53,847 nucleotides of DNA from the NCBI RefSeq assembly GCF_002087085.1, contig NZ_MWQY01000024.1, positions 1-53,847 on the forward strand, written 5' to 3'. Made by a program: the position numbers and the translations under genes. Within the stretch, counting starts at the first letter, position 1; each line of letters opens with the position of its first letter. This document shows, one piece after another, positions 50,301 to 53,847 of this stretch. Below the pieces are notes generated by a model. The model saw only the letters and a program-made list of their open reading frames with translations. It made no database searches and was not told the origin of the DNA.

Positions 50301-50477
50301 CACATCCTCGGCGGCGGCCCCGGGATAGGAGGTCAGGATATTCACCAGGGGCGGAGCGGTATCCGGGAAGAGTTGAATCGGTAGATTTATGTACGAGAGA
50401 ATCCCGAAGATTACCGCTGCAATAAAGAGCGGATAGATGGTATATCTGTTTTTCAGCGAATATTCGGAAAGAGCCAT
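47358..50477 (-). CDS. RND efflux permease (AcrB/AcrD/AcrF family)
   Basis: 1039 aa; YPGAAAE, GMVVDASVVVLENI, RFRPIMMT, LAVAVIGG. Confidence 0.95.
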   Translation of the reverse strand: MALSEYSLKNRYTIYPLFIAAVIFGILSYINLPIQLFPDTAPPLVNILTSYPGAAAEDVADLVSDPIEEELASLEGVEKVSSTSQNGISLVAVEFRYDTSVDLAAVDVQNALTRIRSALPDTIAEPQVLKFSTSDRPVITLGLLGTDMVAVRDLAEEVLSPEIQRIPGVALVDVFGGFQPEVSVDVDRSRLEAHNLPLGAVIGAISSHNVSLPAGEIRSQGQQYSFRVDELSQSIEEIESIPLSTPAGQRLIVGDLARISIGSGEDLSRFRVDGSHAIAMQIFRQDDANTVEVVHRITAAFEEIGKKYPELTVLVADEDASFTEQVVSNMLGAVGQALALATVIIFLFLGSFRRGLVVAISMPMSFLLTFAGMKLFGIQVDLVTLTAIILAVGMVVDASVVVLENITRHYQEGNSEGAAGVSSFKAALEGAKEIQFAVIAGNATTLTVLIPLLFLYGFVGKTFGPLAATMIIAFISSLLVALMLVPILTMKVTGNAGRMERFAQTAARPWSFLMNRLRSLYVHMLKWSLHHRWVVLVVALVLFVAGGRILVSLGMELLPKMDGGATFISIETPSGSSLDETERVVADVEAIILEEAELDKVSTQIGFEPGMNSFGGGGVQGPTQGYITIAWTERTERDETIWEIQDRVREKISRVPGIENYVVRESGSTAKSTTASTIVASIKGPDPLVLDRLGDEVLKTVASVPGTVNTYRSWRLDQRNVILTVDINRARELGLPPDEISRELARSLDGAPAGVYRGEGGNDTPIRVRYAPEYRRERDDAFAVRAFAPSVGTTVPVGTVTQGREVMGQGLVTRENLLPTLDILALHQDRPLNFVSRDVERALDKILVPEEYAITLEGEEKDMAESRSELAGALGIAFIAVYLLLVAQFKSFAHPITVMMAVPLSLIGIATALGIAGMPVSMPVLVGLILLIGIVVNNSIILIDFIQQRRDAGEDRMVAIESSVDARFRPIMMTSLSTIVGMIPLAMEWALGAERFSPLAVAVIGGMTAATFLTMIVIPVFYSVMDDLGGWVKRFNRTD

Positions 50478-51547
50478 TACCTGCTCCTTTCGGCGTTGAC
50501 GGCATAGACAGGCGCCCCGTTCTGCAGACTGCTGAGGTTGGTGACGGCCACGAAATCCTGCCCGTTCCAGTCAAAATCAACCGCTACCCATCCCTCCTGG
50601 CTTATCCCCGGTTCAATATCGACTCGATGAGCCGTTTCTCCGGTGATGACAAAGAGGTGGGGGTTGCTGTCGCGATCAGCAAGCGCCCGGGTCGGCACGG
50701 CGACAACATCGACCTGACGCTGGACAATAAACTCGGTACGGATGGAGGCTCCCTTGCGCCACAAGCCTTTTGCAAGGTTCGTATCAGGTATAGGTATTGT
50801 CACAGAGAAAGTTCGAGACTGGCCGCTGGCCGCCGGTGATATAGCTGACACACTGGCCGCCACCGACGGGCCGTTGTTTATATGAAGTTCCACTTGAGTA
50901 CCAATACCTATACCCCGTTCGAGGTCCTCCTCAACCACATCGACTTTGATTTCCCGGGACTCGTCTCCGATCAGGATGAGCGGCTGGCCGGGCATAACCG
51001 GCTGCCCTATTTCCGCCGGCCAGTCCAGAACCGTACCATCGAAAGGTGCAGTTACGACCGTTTTTGCCAGCTGAGCCTTCGCTTCGTCGAGACTTGCCCT
51101 GGCGCTGCGAATAGCCCGCTCGCTGGAATCGGCCTGTTCAGGTGCCAATGCCCCCTTTGCCACCAGGTTTTTGTCTGTTGTATGCCTGCGGCCCCAGTAG
51201 TCGACCTCGGCCTCGAGTCGTTCCACCGCCGCTCCCAATTCAGGAGAATCGAGCATCGCCAGTATCTCATCACGTGAAAACGATTCACCTTCACGAAAAG
51301 GGAGTTCCGCCAGGGTACCCTGTACCCGGGCGATTATGGGTACCTCCTGACGAGCGTATACCGTCCCTATGTATGAAATACGTCGTTCAAGGCTGGTAAT
51401 CCTGGGTTTTTCCACCCGGACGGCTACCGGCTTTTCCGCGGCAGGTTTCCCTTCCGTCTTTCCGATACTGCCTCCGGCGGAACATCCGGCGAGGACCATC
51501 AATAGTATAATTGCCATAATCCACAGCGCTTTATGCTTTTGTATCAT
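50477..51547 (-). CDS. RND periplasmic adaptor (MFP) lipoprotein
   Basis: lipobox LAGC; lipoyl-like halves ARVQG...EG and APFDG..., AVP. Confidence 0.92.
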   Translation of the reverse strand: MIQKHKALWIMAIILLMVLAGCSAGGSIGKTEGKPAAEKPVAVRVEKPRITSLERRISYIGTVYARQEVPIIARVQGTLAELPFREGESFSRDEILAMLDSPELGAAVERLEAEVDYWGRRHTTDKNLVAKGALAPEQADSSERAIRSARASLDEAKAQLAKTVVTAPFDGTVLDWPAEIGQPVMPGQPLILIGDESREIKVDVVEEDLERGIGIGTQVELHINNGPSVAASVSAISPAASGQSRTFSVTIPIPDTNLAKGLWRKGASIRTEFIVQRQVDVVAVPTRALADRDSNPHLFVITGETAHRVDIEPGISQEGWVAVDFDWNGQDFVAVTNLSSLQNGAPVYAVNAERSR

Positions 51548-51552
51548 CTGAA

Positions 51553-52950
51553 TTACTCCTGTATAAATTTTCCTGCGAGGGATGGAGTCAACTTTCCCGC
51601 CAGTTTGTAGTACGCGACATAGGAGAGCAGCTCTTCATACAGCATGCTCCGCTCGCGCAGGCGAAGTTCAAGGAGAGCAGCTTCTTCTGTCAGGACATCG
51701 CTCAGGGAGCTGCGACCTTCGGAGTATCGAAATTCCGCCGCCTGGACAGTCAGCTCCTGATTCTCGACAGCTTTTGCCAGGTATTCCCTGCGCGAAGCAG
51801 CATTGTCGGAACGGAGCATGGCAATTTGTGCTTCGCTCTGCTCATTTGTGCGAGCAGCATCCAGCTCATACCTGGCAGCTTTCAGACGGGCTTCCGCTGA
51901 TTGCAGGTGCGCCGCCCGTTCTCCTCCAGTAAAGAGGGGCATGCTTACCGACAGTCCAAGGGCCCATTCGGAAGCAATATCCGTTTCCGCGGAAGCCCGG
52001 AAGGTCTGGCTGGCAAAGCCTGAAAGCCTCGGAGCAAACGCAGACAGTGTCGACTTCTTCGCTTCCTGAGCAGCAGCGTACTGCGCATCCGCTGCCAGGC
52101 TTCCGGGTCCGGAAATCGTCTTCTCATCAAAATCATCCTTATCGATCGCTGAAACGGAAAAACCATGATTTCGTGGATAAACAGCTTCGCTTCGTCCAAG
52201 CATTTCTCCAAGCCGGTATGCAACTACGTCCTTCTGGTAAAGAATTTCAAGTCGGTCAGAAATCGCAGAATCAAGGGAGGCAGTAAGCTCGGCAAGCGAT
52301 GCGGGGGATACCCTTCCCTCTCTGCTGAGAGTCTCAAGTTCCTCGTGTCTGCGCTTAAGGGTCGTAATATGACTGTCCATCAGTGCGAGACTGTCTGACA
52401 GCTGGGCCATTTGTACAAAGACTTCAATTACACCGGCTATAACATTCTGTTCAACAATGCTGGCCTGGGCCTTTCCGGCATTCAGCATATGTCGCGTTGC
52501 CCCGACACTGTGGAGGGAAGCGAGGTCGATAATGGGAATGTCGAGGCGCAGTACACCAGTGTAGATATCCCGGTCAAACTCCAGAGGATTTGCCGGTTCA
52601 GGCGAACCATGCATGGGAGATACCAGAGTCTGTTCCTCATTTTTTGTGTAATCACCAAGGGCTACAAGTTTCGGCAACAGAGTACTCCGTGCTTCCCGTA
52701 CTGCTGCCTCATGCTGCCTGACTTCCACCTCTGCAGCTGCGATGCGGTAATTTTTTACCATTACCTCCTCCAGGGCCTCATCAAGGGAGATCTCATTGTG
52801 CTCTATTGTCTCTGCAAAACCTTCACCTGGATGGGCTATAAGCAGTGCCGCCAGGTATGGTATCAGTAACAGCATAAATCTTTTTGTTCGTGCTTTATGT
52901 ACTTTTTCATAGTTATCACTAACTAACCTTCTATTGTAAAAAAACAGCAT
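51553..52950 (-). CDS. TolC-family outer membrane efflux protein
   Basis: SLDEAL, LPKL, SMPLFTGG, RYSEGRSSLSDVL; AAGGAG RBS before 52950. Confidence 0.9.
   Translation of the reverse strand: MLFFYNRRLVSDNYEKVHKARTKRFMLLLIPYLAALLIAHPGEGFAETIEHNEISLDEALEEVMVKNYRIAAAEVEVRQHEAAVREARSTLLPKLVALGDYTKNEEQTLVSPMHGSPEPANPLEFDRDIYTGVLRLDIPIIDLASLHSVGATRHMLNAGKAQASIVEQNVIAGVIEVFVQMAQLSDSLALMDSHITTLKRRHEELETLSREGRVSPASLAELTASLDSAISDRLEILYQKDVVAYRLGEMLGRSEAVYPRNHGFSVSAIDKDDFDEKTISGPGSLAADAQYAAAQEAKKSTLSAFAPRLSGFASQTFRASAETDIASEWALGLSVSMPLFTGGERAAHLQSAEARLKAARYELDAARTNEQSEAQIAMLRSDNAASRREYLAKAVENQELTVQAAEFRYSEGRSSLSDVLTEEAALLELRLRERSMLYEELLSYVAYYKLAGKLTPSLAGKFIQE
52910..52925. promoter_or_regulatory. putative TetR operator copy 2 (within the 5' end of tolC)
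   Basis: TAGTTATCACTAACTA, identical to 53581-53596. Confidence 0.6.
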
Positions 52951-52962
52951 TTTTACACTCCT

Positions 52963-53568
52963 TCATCTTTTATTTCCAGCGACTGATAACAGGCTGATAA
53001 TCGACTCGGCAAGTGCCGCCCCCTCTTGCGCCAGGTCGAACTGATATTTGCTCAAATACCAACGGGTCACTAAAAGACGCAGGGTACCCAGTACGGTCAT
53101 TGCCTGGTGCTGCATCGGCACTTCCCTGCGAAAAATACCGCTTTCAATGCCTTCATCAAGGATACTTCTGACATATCCTTCGGCGGATTCCATAACACGA
53201 GAAATTGTATCAATAAGTTCCCGCTGATCCATAAATATTTCCACAGCGAAGAATATTCCTGACGTCGCAGGATATTCCAGAAAACGTTTGGTGTGCTGAA
53301 GAAAAAAAGCGCGCAGTTTGTTTTCCGGGCTGCGATCGCTCTGAACGATCTCCTGCAGAACTCGTGAACTCCAGATGGCAAACTGCTCAAGAATTGCAAC
53401 GAGAATTGCATGTTTACTGTCGAAATGACGATAGAGAGCAGGTTCAGATATGCCGATTCGCCTGGAAAGTTCCCGCGTTGTAAAACCCTGAATCCCTTTC
53501 TCTGCTATAATCTCAATGGACCGTTCCAGTATCTCACTCTGTCTTTCACTCAATTCCACCGGATTCAT
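52963..53568 (-). CDS. TetR/AcrR family regulator of the RND operon
   Basis: RQSEIL...GIQGFTTRELSRRIGISEPALYRHFDSK. Confidence 0.93.
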   Translation of the reverse strand: MNPVELSERQSEILERSIEIIAEKGIQGFTTRELSRRIGISEPALYRHFDSKHAILVAILEQFAIWSSRVLQEIVQSDRSPENKLRAFFLQHTKRFLEYPATSGIFFAVEIFMDQRELIDTISRVMESAEGYVRSILDEGIESGIFRREVPMQHQAMTVLGTLRLLVTRWYLSKYQFDLAQEGAALAESIISLLSVAGNKR

Positions 53569-53578
53569 CCCACCCTTT

Positions 53579-53596
53579 GTTAGTTATCACTAACTA
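53579..53596. promoter_or_regulatory. putative TetR operator copy 1, upstream of tetR
   Basis: inverted repeat GTTAGT-TATC-ACTAAC about 10 bp upstream of the tetR start. Confidence 0.7.
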
Positions 53597-53847
53597 TAAT
53601 CATATTACTTTATCCGGTCAACAAATTTTCTGCATTATTTTTTTTGATTTCATCATATACCTGTCTCTTTTTTCAAAGTCGATGGGAGACAACCGTTTGT
53701 GTTTACAGGAGAAACCGCAGTTTTTATAAGAAAGGAGCAAGTTCAAGCCGGGTAATCAGGCCGTTGACGCCGTAAGCTCTTAACACGTGACGCCAGGTCC
53801 GGCATCTTTCGCGGGGATGCGAAAGTGCAAACCGGCCTTTTCTTTTG

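Noticed and set aside
53725..53847. Possible ncRNA hairpin (CTTTCGC...GCGAAAG) or 3' end of a truncated minus-strand CDS at the window edge
   Set aside because: It is too short and cut off. No family is recognisable and I cannot choose between frames.
1..53847. tRNA/rRNA genes, CRISPR array, IS element, prophage or recognisable defence system
   Set aside because: Intergenic regions are short, and none showed cloverleaf, repeat-spacer or terminal-repeat structure. No transposase, integrase or Cas motifs appear in the ORF track. The DinG has no type IV CRISPR context here.

Overview
The window is a gene-dense, mostly core chromosomal segment of a free-living-type spirochaete (Spirochaetaceae-like). 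That assignment is inferred from the murG-cvpA-holB-like-histidine kinase-sigma54 activator block (the Borrelia/Treponema hk2-rrp2 synteny), the stand-alone groES and the 'VFAGGQQ' solute-binding-protein signal. About 50 CDSs cover DNA repair (DinG, UvrB, RNase HI, ComM), metabolism (PNP, aspartate kinase, GalM, GpmI, PurU, LeuCD-type dehydratase), a pstSCAB-phoU-phoB-like cluster, a TRAP transporter, several regulators and a visibly more AT-rich TetR-TolC-MFP-RND module at the right end. I saw no tRNA, rRNA, CRISPR array, integrase or transposase. The most notable observations are: (1) PstA carries an insert of two tandem PstS-like lobes; (2) DinG is fused to an N-terminal JAB/RadC-type metallo-domain and is coupled to PNP; (3) a tandem AAA+ ATPase has an inactive first module; (4) several apparent pseudo-enzymes occur (DapF, HlyIII, GIY-YIG-like, flavoprotein-like); (5) five genes have leaderless-type promoter architecture; (6) operators can be read directly from the DNA (11-bp Pho-type repeats, a DtxR box, a duplicated 16-bp TetR site). 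None of these is proven to be new. All calls come from motif recognition, without database searches.
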